Of a stretch of 64,000 nucleotides of DNA, positions 20,828 through 30,768 are shown one piece after another. The translations under genes were made by a program, and so were the position numbers. Origin of the DNA: a virus; IMG/VR virus record IMGVR_UViG_3300025015_000014, positions 68,787 to 132,786 of that record; one strand, written 5' to 3'. Numbering within the stretch: position 1 is the first letter of the stretch; each line of letters starts with the position of its first letter. The notes beneath the pieces were generated by a model that saw only the letters and a program-made list of their open reading frames with translations, was not told the origin of the DNA and did no database searches.

Positions 20828-21259
20828 CTAGCTTGGTTTCCCAACCATAACCAGAATCTCTCGGGCCACGTCAAGCCCAATTTTTCCGGTCGTGTCGAGC
20901 ATGACTTGACGAGAACATTGAGCAAGCTCAAGCTCAATTTGGGCACGGGTTGTGGCATCCCCTTGTTGGTACCCCTGTAGATAGGTCGGATCATGGGTTA
21001 GCTTGGCCATGATTCCGGCATAGACTTCTCGCCGGAGGGCTTCTACCAAAAGAGCATGGGCAATATGCCGAACACCACCCCCGGCAAGCTGTCCTGCTAG
21101 TTGGGCATCTTCGGGTGTTTGGAAGTCATGGGTAGACCAAACCTTGCCCCCCTGGTTGACTAGGACGCCAACCAGGAGCTTGAAAAGTCGATACCCGTCA
21201 TGTTCCCCTGTTTCCTTGAAGAGCAGGTTCAGAGGGTCACTTGCCACGGATTGCCTCAC
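20828..21259 (-). CDS. hypothetical protein
   Basis: 143-aa ORF in a minus-strand run. Confidence 0.6.
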   Translation of the reverse strand: MRQSVASDPLNLLFKETGEHDGYRLFKLLVGVLVNQGGKVWSTHDFQTPEDAQLAGQLAGGGVRHIAHALLVEALRREVYAGIMAKLTHDPTYLQGYQQGDATTRAQIELELAQCSRQVMLDTTGKIGLDVAREILVMVGKPS

Positions 21260-21599
21260 AAGCAGAACACCAATGCGAAGTCTTGTCCTGAATACCCCAG
21301 GCAGTCAAGGGGATTTGAACATCCCAACCCAGGTTTGGGTTGCCACACAGAGCCTGAGTACCTGCGGGTAGCCCCCCCAAGTTGGGTTCCTCTTCGGGCG
21401 CAAGTTCCCGTAGGTGGTAATGCCAAGTGGATGTCCGGGTCTCGGCAATCACCAGTCGCTTGCTTTCTCGAACCATGCGGGCCGCCTTTGCTTTGAGTTC
21501 CTTGCCCCCCCAGATGCAGAGTTGACCTGCCCCGTAGAAAGGCAGGAACACCAGGAGTCCAACCAAGAGAGCCGACATGGAGATGTAAAACACCGTCAT
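21237..21599 (-). CDS. hypothetical membrane-anchored protein
   Basis: N-terminal hydrophobic helix; preceded by the GGCTTAG-N16-GTAG motif. Confidence 0.6.
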   Translation of the reverse strand: MTVFYISMSALLVGLLVFLPFYGAGQLCIWGGKELKAKAARMVRESKRLVIAETRTSTWHYHLRELAPEEEPNLGGLPAGTQALCGNPNLGWDVQIPLTAWGIQDKTSHWCSACEAIRGK

Positions 21600-21622
21600 G
21601 CTTCTACTACGGGTCTCCCGAC

Positions 21623-23209
21623 CTACCTAAGCCGTTGAACCACCGCAGTCTCAGCCGTCAGCAGAAGGGTAGCCGTGGATACGGCTGTCTCGATGACCAC
21701 CTGAACTACTTGGAGGGGGTCAGGCAATATCGGGGTCTCTCCCATGTCCCGGACATGGCCACCTTCAGAAGTTGCCTCCCATCCAATCCAGCCTTGTGTT
21801 TGGGAGAGCTTGCCGAGGATCTCTACGCCCCCTCCGGCATTGACAATCAATCGGGTTGTGGGAATCTTGAGAGCTTTGGCCAGAATCAGCCACCCAGCCC
21901 GTTCTTCGGGTTCCTTTATGGAGGGATAACAGGTTTCCAGATGAAGCCCGGCTCGCAAATAAGCAATCCCACCACCAGGTAGGATGCCACTACGAAGGGC
22001 GGCCTGAACAGACCCCAGGGCATCCTCAACCCTGGCCCGTCGTTCCTTCATGGCTACTTCAGAGATCCCCCCAACTCGTAGGATAGCCAACCCACCTGAG
22101 AGCTTGGCCTTCCGTTCTCGCAATCGGTCCTTGTCATAGTCCGATGTGGCTCTTTCCTCTTCGGCTCGGAGTTGGATCAGACGTTCCTGAACCGTCTCCT
22201 GGGCCTCATCATAGGCTTCAAGCACCGTGGTTCTGGTCTTGATGGTGATCTTGCGGGCTGTGCCAAACCAAGTCTGGTCCCAAACCCGATGGTTCATTCC
22301 TGCCCGAGGATCCACAAAGGTTGCCCCAGTCAAAGCGGCAACATCTTTCAGAAGCTCGATCCGAATGGGTCCAACACCCGACACCGGAACAGCAGAACAC
22401 TTGACGACCCCTTTGGAGTTATTGACGATCATTGTGGTCAAGGCTTCACCAACGAAGGCTTCGGCAAACACCACCAGTTCGTTGCGAGGCCATTGGCTGG
22501 CTGTTTCCAGAAGGTCTTGGACATCCCCCACGGTGACCAGGGAGATTCCCAGTACAGCCACGATAGCCCCATCAATGAGGCGTTCGTTTTGATTGCCCAA
22601 CAGTTCAGTAGACGCCATTCCCCCATCAAGTTCCATTCCTTCCTTGAGGTCCAACCAAGTCTCGACTGATTGACTGTCCTCAATGGCAACGGTCCCATCC
22701 TTGCCTACAGCCATACAGGCTTCAGCTAGATTCTCGGCGATCTCTGCATCCCCGTTACTAGCAAGCAGGGCCACTTGTTTCAACACATCCTTCTCTTGGA
22801 TTGGCCGATGGAGCTTTTCCAAACAGTCTCGGGCCTCTACTGCGGCGGCTCTCACCCCCCGGATGATCCCATTGGGACTCATTCCTGCCGTGATCAGTTT
22901 GTGTCCTTCTTGGAGCAACCCGTCAGCTAACAAGGCGACAGTCGTGGTGCCATCACCTACCTGGGCATTTACTCGGAGACAGGCTTCCTTGAGAATCTGT
23001 GCCCCCAGATTCTGTGTGCGTCCCGAGAGTTCAATCTCTCGGGCAACCGTCACCCCATCCTTAGTGGCTAGCAACCCAGATAACCGATCCAGCATACAAG
23101 TGCGGCCATGCGGCCCATAGGTCACACCAACAACCCGAGCCAGTTGATGAGTCCCTTTCAAGAGTTGTTCGCGGGCTATTGCGCCCGTGAGAATCGTCTT
23201 TGCGCCCAT
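21623..23209 (-). CDS. groEL: GroEL-like chaperonin
   Basis: TYGPHGR, TKDGVTVAREI, VGDGTTT, EGMELD, LSGGLAILRVG, PGGG; start adjusted to MGAKTI. Confidence 0.93.
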   Translation of the reverse strand: MGAKTILTGAIAREQLLKGTHQLARVVGVTYGPHGRTCMLDRLSGLLATKDGVTVAREIELSGRTQNLGAQILKEACLRVNAQVGDGTTTVALLADGLLQEGHKLITAGMSPNGIIRGVRAAAVEARDCLEKLHRPIQEKDVLKQVALLASNGDAEIAENLAEACMAVGKDGTVAIEDSQSVETWLDLKEGMELDGGMASTELLGNQNERLIDGAIVAVLGISLVTVGDVQDLLETASQWPRNELVVFAEAFVGEALTTMIVNNSKGVVKCSAVPVSGVGPIRIELLKDVAALTGATFVDPRAGMNHRVWDQTWFGTARKITIKTRTTVLEAYDEAQETVQERLIQLRAEEERATSDYDKDRLRERKAKLSGGLAILRVGGISEVAMKERRARVEDALGSVQAALRSGILPGGGIAYLRAGLHLETCYPSIKEPEERAGWLILAKALKIPTTRLIVNAGGGVEILGKLSQTQGWIGWEATSEGGHVRDMGETPILPDPLQVVQVVIETAVSTATLLLTAETAVVQRLR

Positions 23210-23396
23210 TGAATCACGCCTCCTCCCCCACTCTACCCGAGGAGTTGAAATGATGGGTTGCTCTCTCTTGGTGTCCAAAACGATGACGGAACCAACCGTC
23301 AAATAATCTTATCGTGGGCAGCCCCAACCGATATTTTGATCATGACGAACACCCCAACGGTCCCATCAAAGACCAGAACTGAGGATGATCAGGGGG

Positions 23397-24002
23397 TTAT
23401 CTCGCCAAATGACCAATCCAGCGGGAGGCAATCCGGTGTATTAAACGTGATCTATGGGGCGATCTTACGGTGTTATTACGACCCAATACGCTATTTTGGG
23501 AACACAAGGGGGTCTGCGAAGTGGCCCGAACCAGATGGGGGACACACAACAAACCCAACCCAGTCACGAAAGCCTCATACACAGCAAGGCGTTTCGGGTC
23601 ATCCTCCCATATAGCGACTGTTGTGATGCTGGGGAACTTAGCGAGTGCTTTACGCAACACGGATGTCTTGAAAGCGGTTGTGCTACCGCCAGGGTTCAGC
23701 CGAACCAGATCAAAGTCAAGACCCTTTTGCCCTAGTAATTCCGGGACTCTCCAACGAAAGGCACTATGGTCAGGCCGACCCGTACACAACACAGCCAACA
23801 CTTGTTTGTGCGCTATGCTACGTTTGGCTTCCGCTACTGTGGTCCCTACCCACCAAGATGCTTCGGGGGTGTCCGGAACACATGGCTGGCCTAAGGATTG
23901 TTCCTCAACCCACCAGTCTTCGCCCACTCCAGGAGGCGGCTCTGGACTCCGAAACAAAGTGCCGTCGAAGTCATATAAATGGAGTTCAAGTGGTTGATAC
24001 AT
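23397..24002 (-). CDS. HAD-superfamily phosphatase (Swiss-Army-knife RNA-repair-like)
   Basis: YDFDGTLFRSP, CTGR, IWEDD. Confidence 0.75.
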   Translation of the reverse strand: MYQPLELHLYDFDGTLFRSPEPPPGVGEDWWVEEQSLGQPCVPDTPEASWWVGTTVAEAKRSIAHKQVLAVLCTGRPDHSAFRWRVPELLGQKGLDFDLVRLNPGGSTTAFKTSVLRKALAKFPSITTVAIWEDDPKRLAVYEAFVTGLGLLCVPHLVRATSQTPLCSQNSVLGRNNTVRSPHRSRLIHRIASRWIGHLAR

Positions 24003-24478
24003 CGGACACCAGGGACTCAAGAGCAAGACCGAAGTGGGGCATCCGGAGAACGAAAGCACGGATACGTTTCAAGAGAAACTCGTTTTCCGGGTGCCGACAA
24101 CAACCACCTTGTAACATCCGCTGATAGCGACGGAGTTCCGGATTGGCCTCGATAACCGTCAATAATTGTGGATACAGGGTTCGGGCCATCGGGTACCTAC
24201 TTGGCCTCACTACTCTGCCGGAGTAAGGGTATCAGGTGAGGTCGCATTTCGGGTCGGGTACGGGCGATTTCGAGCAAGGCTTTTCGAAGCATGGAAACCT
24301 CCTAGAAAACGGAACGGATAGGCTGTCTACCGAAACACGGCTTAGCCGAATCGGGTTTCGGGTAGCATAGGTGCCCGCCCACTTACCGGCCGGTGGGGAT
24401 TCAAGGGGGTCTGGCACAAGTCGGACTCCCATCGGAAGCCGAATCCACAAAGGATTCGGTTAGACCGGAACAAAGTTC

Positions 24479-24506
24479 TTGACACCCGATTCCACGGGGG
24501 TAAGAT
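24479..24506 (+). promoter_or_regulatory. sigma70-like promoter of the + strand tRNA cluster
   Basis: TTGACA-16-TAAGAT. Confidence 0.55.
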
Positions 24507-24783
24507 AGGGAGCGATGGGAACCTTGAACCAGTTATCCTCACGAAACACGCTACGGCAGAGTTGGTTGCTTACCACCTCCCTGTCGTATCGCTTTACGGC
24601 GGGGGCAACCGGGTAGAGGCTCAAGACAGAGCAAATAGACCCGAAGCCCCTCCCGGAAACGAACCGAGAGGGGCTTCGGTGTTTATGGGGGTTCGGTGGG
24701 TTGATGACTTACCGACCCCAGGTTCCGTGAAAAGTAGTCGATCACGATTTGGGTGGGGACGGTCACCAACCGACCCCACCTGT

Positions 24784-24864
24784 GCCGGGATGGCGTAATG
24801 GCAGCCGCGCATGGTTCAGGACCATGTGTTGAAAGACGTAGGGGTTCAAGTCCCCTTCCCGGTA
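24784..24864 (+). tRNA. tRNA-Leu(CAG)
   Basis: Cloverleaf; CATGG TTCAGGA CCATG. Confidence 0.9.
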
Positions 24865-24928
24865 CTCAGGTACGGCAAACCGCAGTGACAATGCCATAAA
24901 GTCACAACCCTTTGGTCCGTACCTCTTT

Positions 24929-25018
24929 GGGCAAGCGGCGGAGTTGGAGGTGCCGCAGCGGACTGTAAATCCGTTCCCTTTTGGGTTAACACTGGGGGTT
25001 CGAATCCCTCCTTGCCCA
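24929..25018 (+). tRNA. tRNA-Tyr(GTA)
   Basis: GCGGA CTGTAAA TCCGT; long variable arm. Confidence 0.88.
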
Positions 25019-25029
25019 CTGTTCCTGAT

Positions 25030-25104
25030 ACGCCCGTAGCTCAACGGATTCAGAGCAATGGCCTACGAAGCCAGAGGTTCCCGGTTCGAATCCGGGCGGG
25101 CGTA
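25030..25104 (+). tRNA. tRNA-Arg(ACG)
   Basis: Cloverleaf; loop CTACGAA. Confidence 0.9.
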
Positions 25105-25109
25105 CTAAA

Positions 25110-25194
25110 GGAGAGATGGCCGAGCGGTCGAAGGCGGCGGTCTTGAAAATCGCTGGGTTTAAAAGCCCCGGGGGTTCGAATCCCTCTCTCTCCG
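25110..25194 (+). tRNA. tRNA-Ser(TGA)
   Basis: Loop CTTGAAA; GGAGAGA acceptor. Confidence 0.9.
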
Positions 25195-25364
25195 CAAAGA
25201 GCCAGAAAGAAAAACCGGGAACCAGATGGGGAGGGCGACACGAACCGTCAAGGGGCTGGCTGGTTCCCGGTGTGCCCCATATCACCTATGGCGTACTACG
25301 TTTGGGTCTGTGACAGGTACAGAAAGATCTTGTGCGGAAAGCGGCTGGGGTGTACACTCTGACC

Positions 25365-25799
25365 ATGAGGCTTGAACACCACACCAAAACCAAAGGAGAT
25401 AAGGGGCTGGGCTTCGTAATTGCTGCTTTCTTGGGAGCAGGTTTCCAAGTTGCTCTTCCACTCAGCGAACATTTGCCCTTTGATCTAATTGCCATTTCCG
25501 GGAAAGCCCTCAAGAAGGTATCGGTAAAGTATAGATCCGCAGTAAAGGGTTCTGTAGAAATTGCTCTTCGGGGAGTTTGGAGCAATCAACAAGGAACACA
25601 TACGACTTTTCTGCAACGCGGCGATGTGGATGCGCATGCTTTGTACTGTCCAGATACAAAATTATGCTACTTCGTTCGGGATGCTGAAATCACTTCCAGG
25701 CGGGGTTTCAAATTGCGCCTAGAAGAACCCAAAACCCCACACCCCCAATCTCGTCCTGCTCACCTGTACACGGATCCAACGCGCCTTTTCATTTCTTAG
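25365..25799 (+). CDS. PD-(D/E)XK (homing-type) endonuclease
   Basis: KGDKG...PFDLIA...KVSVKYR; stop overlaps the first base of tRNA-Ser. Confidence 0.75.
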   Translation: MRLEHHTKTKGDKGLGFVIAAFLGAGFQVALPLSEHLPFDLIAISGKALKKVSVKYRSAVKGSVEIALRGVWSNQQGTHTTFLQRGDVDAHALYCPDTKLCYFVRDAEITSRRGFKLRLEEPKTPHPQSRPAHLYTDPTRLFIS

Positions 25800-25885
25800 G
25801 AGGGGTCGCCTAGTCCGGCTGTGGGCACCTGATTGCTAATCAGGCAGACAGAAATGTCTCGTGGGTTCGAATCCCACTCCCTCCG
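25799..25885 (+). tRNA. tRNA-Ser(GCT)
   Basis: CCTGA TTGCTAA TCAGG. Confidence 0.9.
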
Positions 25886-25913
25886 CTCTTTTTGCAGGAC
25901 AGGAGAAAATAAT

Positions 25914-26002
25914 GCGAGCATGGCGTAACTTTGGTAGCCGCGCAAGGTCGAGAGCCTTGTCCCCAAAAAACGGGGGTGGGGGTTCGAGTCCCCCTGCTCG
26001 CA
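25914..26002 (+). tRNA. tRNA-Leu(GAG)
   Basis: CAAGG TCGAGAG CCTTG. Confidence 0.85.
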
Positions 26003-26106
26003 CTACGGGTAACCGGGTTCGAATCCCGGCTTGGTTGATGGGGGTGACGGGTCAATCAAGGTCATGGTGACCCCAGAGGTTCGATTCCTCTACTTGGCAA
26101 CCGTAG
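26003..26106 (+). ncRNA. twin-T-arm tRNA-like RNA (copy 1)
   Basis: CTACGG/CCGTAG closing stem; CCGGG-TTCGAAT-CCCGG and AGAGG-TTCGATT-CCTCT. Confidence 0.55.
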
Positions 26107-26187
26107 TCAAGTCAAATGGGTAGGAATAGGCTCTCGCTAGAGAGGGCCGCCCGACTGGTGGGAATCCAGTCAACAAGAACCCCCAAT

Positions 26188-26260
26188 GGCTCGTTAGCTC
26201 TGATGGTCAGAGCGTTCCGTTGAAGCCGGAAAGAATCCTGTTCGATCCAGGAACGAGCCA
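26188..26260 (+). tRNA. tRNA-Phe(GAA)
   Basis: TTCCG TTGAAGC CGGAA. Confidence 0.85.
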
Positions 26261-26270
26261 CCCTTTCCTT

Positions 26271-26360
26271 GGAAGAACGCCGGACATTGGTGGGCCGGGC
26301 CTGTCTCGAAAGCAGGTTCCCGTAATACACGGGATGCGAGTTCGATTCTCGCTTCTTCCG
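26271..26360 (+). tRNA. tRNA-Ser(CGA)
   Basis: Loop CTCGAAA; long variable arm. Confidence 0.85.
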
Positions 26361-26412
26361 CTTGGGGACTGGGACATGCAATTCAATCCTCTTTTCCTGC
26401 CAGCCCCATTTT

Positions 26413-26505
26413 GGAGGATAGCCGGATATCGGTTCGCCGGGCACGCCTGGAAAGCGTGTGGGTTCCGTAATAGGGATCCTGCGGGTTCAATTCCCGTGTC
26501 CTCCG
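26413..26505 (+). tRNA. tRNA-Ser(GGA)
   Basis: CACGC CTGGAAA GCGTG. Confidence 0.85.
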
Positions 26506-26586
26506 CCGAAACAACTTAGGCTTAGTTCCCCCACCTCTTGTGTAGTAAGATAGAACCCGCCCAGATGAGGCGGAAAGGGGGATCTA

Positions 26587-27153
26587 GTGCGAATGATAAG
26601 GCTGCTCCTTTTGGTTTCCGCTCTGTGCTGCACAACCGCGAAACAGACGAACGTGAAAGCAGAGCCCGTGAAGGAACATGAACCCTCCAAAGCGCTCGTT
26701 GCTCTGTTTGACCATTGGGCAGATTTGCAAAGATTTCCCCCCGAAACAAGGCTATATCTACGGTTTCGCTTTCCACATTCTGACGGGGAAATACGCGAAT
26801 TTCAGGACTTTGTTGCCGCTTTCGATTGTGCAGATTGTTCAGACGAAGAGATGGAACAAACAACAGTACAATTCGATAAAGCACAAGAGCGGTTTAAAAC
26901 GGGTCAGTCTTTTACCCGCAACTTTCCTCAAATCGTAGCCTTCTTGCAGCGAAAGGAACCAAGCCGAATGGCATCCCTCTTTGGTCTAGCAGATGCTTTG
27001 GCTAAGGAAGCTTCTTTCTACCGCTATGCTCTGTGTGTTTCCAAGACAGATGAGTCGTGGCAAGAACGTCTCGGTTGGTCAGCCAGTAAGTCGGACAACA
27101 TTACTCCCCTTGTGGGTTCCTGTAATGAAATACTTACAAGGTCTAGCGACTAA
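26587..27153 (+). CDS. hypothetical exported protein or lipoprotein
   Basis: Signal-peptide-like N-terminus; upstream GGCTTAG-N16-GTAG. Confidence 0.6.
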   Translation: MRMIRLLLLVSALCCTTAKQTNVKAEPVKEHEPSKALVALFDHWADLQRFPPETRLYLRFRFPHSDGEIREFQDFVAAFDCADCSDEEMEQTTVQFDKAQERFKTGQSFTRNFPQIVAFLQRKEPSRMASLFGLADALAKEASFYRYALCVSKTDESWQERLGWSASKSDNITPLVGSCNEILTRSSD

Positions 27154-27177
27154 ATCTAGTGTGCGTCTTTCTGCGCT

Positions 27178-27253
27178 GGGAGTGAAGGCTTGAGGGTAAG
27201 CCGCCGGCCTCCAAAACCGGAAACAGTGAGTTCGATCCTCACCACTCCCGCCA
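27178..27253 (+). tRNA. tRNA-Trp(CCA)
   Basis: Loop CTCCAAA; encoded CCA. Confidence 0.85.
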
Positions 27254-27318
27254 CAGGTTCAGACACCCTATTTTGAGGGTTACGGGTTTCCCGCAAGAAA
27301 CCATCCCTGAACCTGCTT

Positions 27319-27391
27319 GGTCGGGTAGCTCAGTTGGTAGAGCGCGGGTTTGAAGAACCCGGCGTCGGCGGTTCAATTCCGTCCCCGACCA
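27319..27391 (+). tRNA. tRNA-Phe(GAA)
   Basis: CGGGT TTGAAGA ACCCG. Confidence 0.92.
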
Positions 27392-27410
27392 CTACTGTTC
27401 TATTTCCTTT

Positions 27411-27491
27411 GCCGGGATGGCGTAATGGTAGACGCGGTGGCTTTAAAACCCATTGGCATAGCCCGTGCGGGTTCGAGTCCCGTTCCCGGCA
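27411..27491 (+). tRNA. tRNA-Leu(TAA)
   Basis: Loop TTTAAAA. Confidence 0.88.
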
Positions 27492-27544
27492 CTACAACGG
27501 CTTAGTTCCCGTGACTTTTGTGTAGTACAAGCAGGAGGTGCTAC

Positions 27545-27748
27545 ATGCTATTCGAATCGGCAGAGGATCGGCGGAGTGAAGTTCAGGACGCCGTCAAGGC
27601 TTTTGCGGAATGCAATGAGCGGCAAGCGGCTCTCTTGGAGCATAGACTCTTCAGTCAGGAGCGGGTGGAGGCCATCATAAAGGCACAGGCTTACCGGCTG
27701 GACAAGCCCGTCCCGCATCCTGCCTTTAACGGGCAGCAGGCTTTCTGA
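27545..27748 (+). CDS. hypothetical protein
   Basis: AGGAGG SD and the promoter motif upstream. Confidence 0.6.
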   Translation: MLFESAEDRRSEVQDAVKAFAECNERQAALLEHRLFSQERVEAIIKAQAYRLDKPVPHPAFNGQQAF

Positions 27749-27754
27749 TACTGA

Positions 27755-27839
27755 GCTAGGGTGGCGAAATTTGGCAGACGCGCTGGCCTTAGAAGCCAGT
27801 AGGGTAACACCTTTGCGGGTTCGACCCCCGTCCCTAGCA
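27755..27839 (+). tRNA. tRNA-Leu(TAG)
   Basis: CTGGC CTTAGAA GCCAG. Confidence 0.9.
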
Positions 27840-28134
27840 CTATTCCGCGAGAGCCGCTTTGACTTCCTGCCGGAGTGCCTCGGGCAGGAAGTCAAGACAG
27901 GCGAAGCTCCTGACTTCGATACTGATCTCAACAGGATCTTCTGTGGTTGCAACCATCTTGACAGGGATAGCCATGAACAGCATCCGAGGATACTTGTCGT
28001 GAACCCTAGCAACCCGGATGATGGGACCGGAATCCTGAACAACAGTGGGATCGGTAGGGTCCGCGATCATATCTGAGGACAATACATTTGGCATCGAAGC
28101 ACCTCCTGCTGGTATGATACCCTGGAGGTGCCCC

Positions 28135-28461
28135 ATGGTTTACATCGAAGAAGCCGCCAAGTTCCTACACGACACTGGACTCCTGTTCGAGATCAACCGT
28201 CAAGTGCTACATCCTCTGGGGCTGGCACTCGAAGTCAACGTAATGGACGACGGGCAAATCACTTTCGGACGGGTTTGGGATTGCAGGGCTGATCCTGAAG
28301 GGATCCTTTTTGATGAAGACACCCTGCGGGACGGCTATCAAAAGCACCAAGCCTACATGGCAGAGCACGGTGCAAAAGCACTGGTTGGACGAAAAAGGTC
28401 CCTGGGTTTCACCGCACAGACTTTCAACACGCGCCCGTGGCTCAATGGATTAGAGCAGTAG
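28135..28461 (+). CDS. hypothetical phage protein
   Basis: GGAGG SD; GLLFEINRQVLHPLGLAL; 3' end overlaps tRNA-Arg. Confidence 0.65.
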   Translation: MVYIEEAAKFLHDTGLLFEINRQVLHPLGLALEVNVMDDGQITFGRVWDCRADPEGILFDEDTLRDGYQKHQAYMAEHGAKALVGRKRSLGFTAQTFNTRPWLNGLEQ

Positions 28462-28504
28462 ACTTCGGATCTACGGGTTGGGGGTTCGAGTCCCTCCGGG
28501 CGCA
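28431..28504 (+). tRNA. tRNA-Arg(TCG)
   Basis: GTAGA CTTCGGA TCTAC. Confidence 0.92.
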
Positions 28505-28507
28505 CTT

Positions 28508-28589
28508 GCCGAAGTGGTGTAATTGGCAGCCACGCGAGATTCAAAACCTCGTCCCGCAAGGGGTACCGGTTCGAGTCCGGTCTTCGGCA
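28508..28589 (+). tRNA. tRNA-Leu(CAA)
   Basis: Loop TTCAAAA. Confidence 0.9.
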
Positions 28590-28598
28590 CTGTTCCTG

Positions 28599-28670
28599 GC
28601 CGCCGTAGCTCAACGGTAGAGCAGTCGCCCCGTAAGCGACAGGTTGTCGGTTCAATTCCGACCGGCGGCT
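28599..28670 (+). tRNA. tRNA-Thr(CGT)
   Basis: GTCGC CCCGTAA GCGAC. Confidence 0.92.
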
Positions 28671-28884
28671 CTAGCTCGCCCACCATGTGTGGAAGGAGTT
28701 ACGGGACCGTCCTGGACAACACAGGACGGTCCCAGCTTTTCTTAGGCTTTGCCGCAAGCCATTTAGGGTATACTTAGGTGCCGCTCCCGGGGTGTTTCCT
28801 TCGCAAGAGGGAAGCGGGGCTGGCATCTAAATTTGGGTGAATGGGGAGTCCCCCCGGCTCCCCTAGTAACCGTAGAAGGTCTCC

Positions 28885-29205
28885 GTGCGAAAACGGCTAT
28901 TCAATAAGATTCGGAACCAGGTGCGGATGGGATCTGGCTGGCTTCAGCCTACATTAGCGCACCTCGGCATCGAGGCTTGGACCTGGAAACAATGCAAGGC
29001 ATACAGGACACTTCAGCAGGACACCCCGCGGCGAACTGTTAAACAGGACAAGGAATACGAGAAGCTCCGGGTTCAAGCCCGTAAGTTCCGTAAGCTCCGT
29101 CGCAAGGCAGCCAAGAAGCTCGGGGTTCCCTCACGGCCTTGCTTCGGAACCATTTCTTTCCTGTACGTCTACTTGGCTTCCCTGAAACGGCTCCGTTACA
29201 TATAG
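28885..29205 (+). CDS. hypothetical basic protein
   Basis: 106-aa ORF. Confidence 0.5.
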   Translation: MRKRLFNKIRNQVRMGSGWLQPTLAHLGIEAWTWKQCKAYRTLQQDTPRRTVKQDKEYEKLRVQARKFRKLRRKAAKKLGVPSRPCFGTISFLYVYLASLKRLRYI

Positions 29206-29666
29206 TGGCCATTTGGTACCACGGTACCACTCAGGAAAATGCGGATGCCATTTTGGCATCGGGTTTTTTCAAACAGGGCACCTTTTTCGCGGACAATATG
29301 GGGAGTGCCCTCCATTACGGCGGGGACTGTATCTTCGAGGTGTTCTTTCCTGTGGCACCTTCCACTTATTGGGAATGGGTATGCCCGAAACCTCTTCTAG
29401 TCAAAGGTTTCGTCCGTCTTCTCTTCCGAGCCATCCCCGAAGTTCTATATCGGGGTTTGGACGCGGAGATGGCGGACAGGCAGCAAGATCTACTGCTCCG
29501 TAATCCGGGCAAACAGGTTTGTGTAGCCTGTTGCGGTAGGGGTCAGGTAGAGGATCCTCCCCCGTTTGTTCGTTGGCGAGACAACCGTCCGTGTACCACT
29601 TGTAATACTTGTAGGGGACACGGGTACGTTCCGTCCGATATGGATGCTGCTATCATGCCGTCATAG
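29205..29666 (+). CDS. ADP-ribosyltransferase-like fold plus CxxCxGxG zinc finger
   Basis: WYHGT...AILASGF..GTFFA; two CxxCxGxG motifs. Confidence 0.5.
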   Translation: MAIWYHGTTQENADAILASGFFKQGTFFADNMGSALHYGGDCIFEVFFPVAPSTYWEWVCPKPLLVKGFVRLLFRAIPEVLYRGLDAEMADRQQDLLLRNPGKQVCVACCGRGQVEDPPPFVRWRDNRPCTTCNTCRGHGYVPSDMDAAIMPS

Positions 29667-29732
29667 CTCAGTTGGCAGAGCACCTGCTCGGTAAGCAGGG
29701 GGTCCCCGGTTCAACTCCGGGTGGCGGCTCCA
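29657..29732 (+). tRNA. tRNA-Thr(GGT)
   Basis: CCTGC TCGGTAA GCAGG; CCA end. Confidence 0.92.
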
Positions 29733-29740
29733 TGTACTTT

Positions 29741-29805
29741 GCGCCCGTAGTTCATATGGACAGAGCGACAGTTCGGCTACAAGGTTCGACTTCGACTGGG
29801 ACACA
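29741..29805 (+). pseudogene. degenerate tRNA-Arg-like remnant
   Basis: GCGCCCGTAGTTCA.ATGGACAGAGC 5' half with broken anticodon and T arms. Confidence 0.5.
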
Positions 29806-29860
29806 CCTTCTTGCATCCTATCAATGCCTTGGGTATACTTGGACTAGGGAGGTTCAAGTC

Positions 29861-30700
29861 ATGACTGGGCCAGCAAACAAGAAACTTACCACAGAAATAC
29901 TAGCCCTCATCCGTATAGACCGCGAAACACATGGGATGCGAACAAGGGACATCGCATCTAAGTACGGTCTGAGCAGTACTACAGCCAGTCTCGCTATCCA
30001 GGGTATGGATTCTTCTAATGTCCAGTCACTTCGAAAAAAGCTAACAGCAGAACTCAAAGCCGCTATCCAGTCGGATCGGGAAAACCAAGGGCTGACAATC
30101 TATCAGATAGCCCGTAAATATGGGCTGTCTAAATCCACGGCTCACTTTGCGGTTCAAGGATGCAGTGCCGAAAAGGTACCCCGAAGATTTGGGGTGCCCG
30201 GTGCTTGCGCCCGGTATCTGGCGCAACCGTCCCCACAACAACCTCGTCCCAATCTTTCGACTACGGACTTGGGCGAATCTGTACGGATACTTGCGGTTGG
30301 GAGGATGCTTCTAGCAGGACTGTCCCCTTTTCTCCCTGTCCGTGAGTCCACACCAATCGACATCCTGGTGTTACGTACCAATGGGACAATGGCAAAGTGT
30401 CAATGCCGTTTCATGTCCCCAGCTAAGGTGGGGGTACATATCTTGAGCCTTCGAGTATTAAGGAACAACGGTTTGGGGAAACGGATTGCCAGTCGATATA
30501 CACGGGAAGAGGTTGACTTTTTCCTGGGCTACTGTGCGGATAATGATTCTTTCTACGTTGTCCCCTATGTTGCAACCAAGGGCCGGAGTGAGTTACGAAT
30601 CTGGGTTCTTCGGAAACCTAGTGGCCGAAACACCCAGAAATCCTTTGAGGGCACCCCCTACCGCAATGCGTTTCAAATTATTCAGCAAATGTCCCCATAG
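29861..30700 (+). CDS. HTH-repeat plus PD-(D/E)XK endonuclease
   Basis: Two KKLT.E...IA.KYGLS repeats; PIDILV...KCQCR; YTREEVDFF; stop lies inside tRNA-Arg. Confidence 0.7.
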   Translation: MTGPANKKLTTEILALIRIDRETHGMRTRDIASKYGLSSTTASLAIQGMDSSNVQSLRKKLTAELKAAIQSDRENQGLTIYQIARKYGLSKSTAHFAVQGCSAEKVPRRFGVPGACARYLAQPSPQQPRPNLSTTDLGESVRILAVGRMLLAGLSPFLPVRESTPIDILVLRTNGTMAKCQCRFMSPAKVGVHILSLRVLRNNGLGKRIASRYTREEVDFFLGYCADNDSFYVVPYVATKGRSELRIWVLRKPSGRNTQKSFEGTPYRNAFQIIQQMSP

Positions 30701-30768
30701 CTCAGTTGGATTAGAGCACATGGCTCCGGACCATGAGGGCGCGTGTTCAAGTCACGCTGGGGACGCCA
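30691..30768 (+). tRNA. tRNA-Arg(CCG)
   Basis: CATGG CTCCGGA CCATG; CCA end. Confidence 0.92.

Noticed and set aside
24560-28800. Numerous ORF-track ORFs overlapping tRNAs on either strand
   Set aside because: They are shadows of tRNA genes with no protein motifs.
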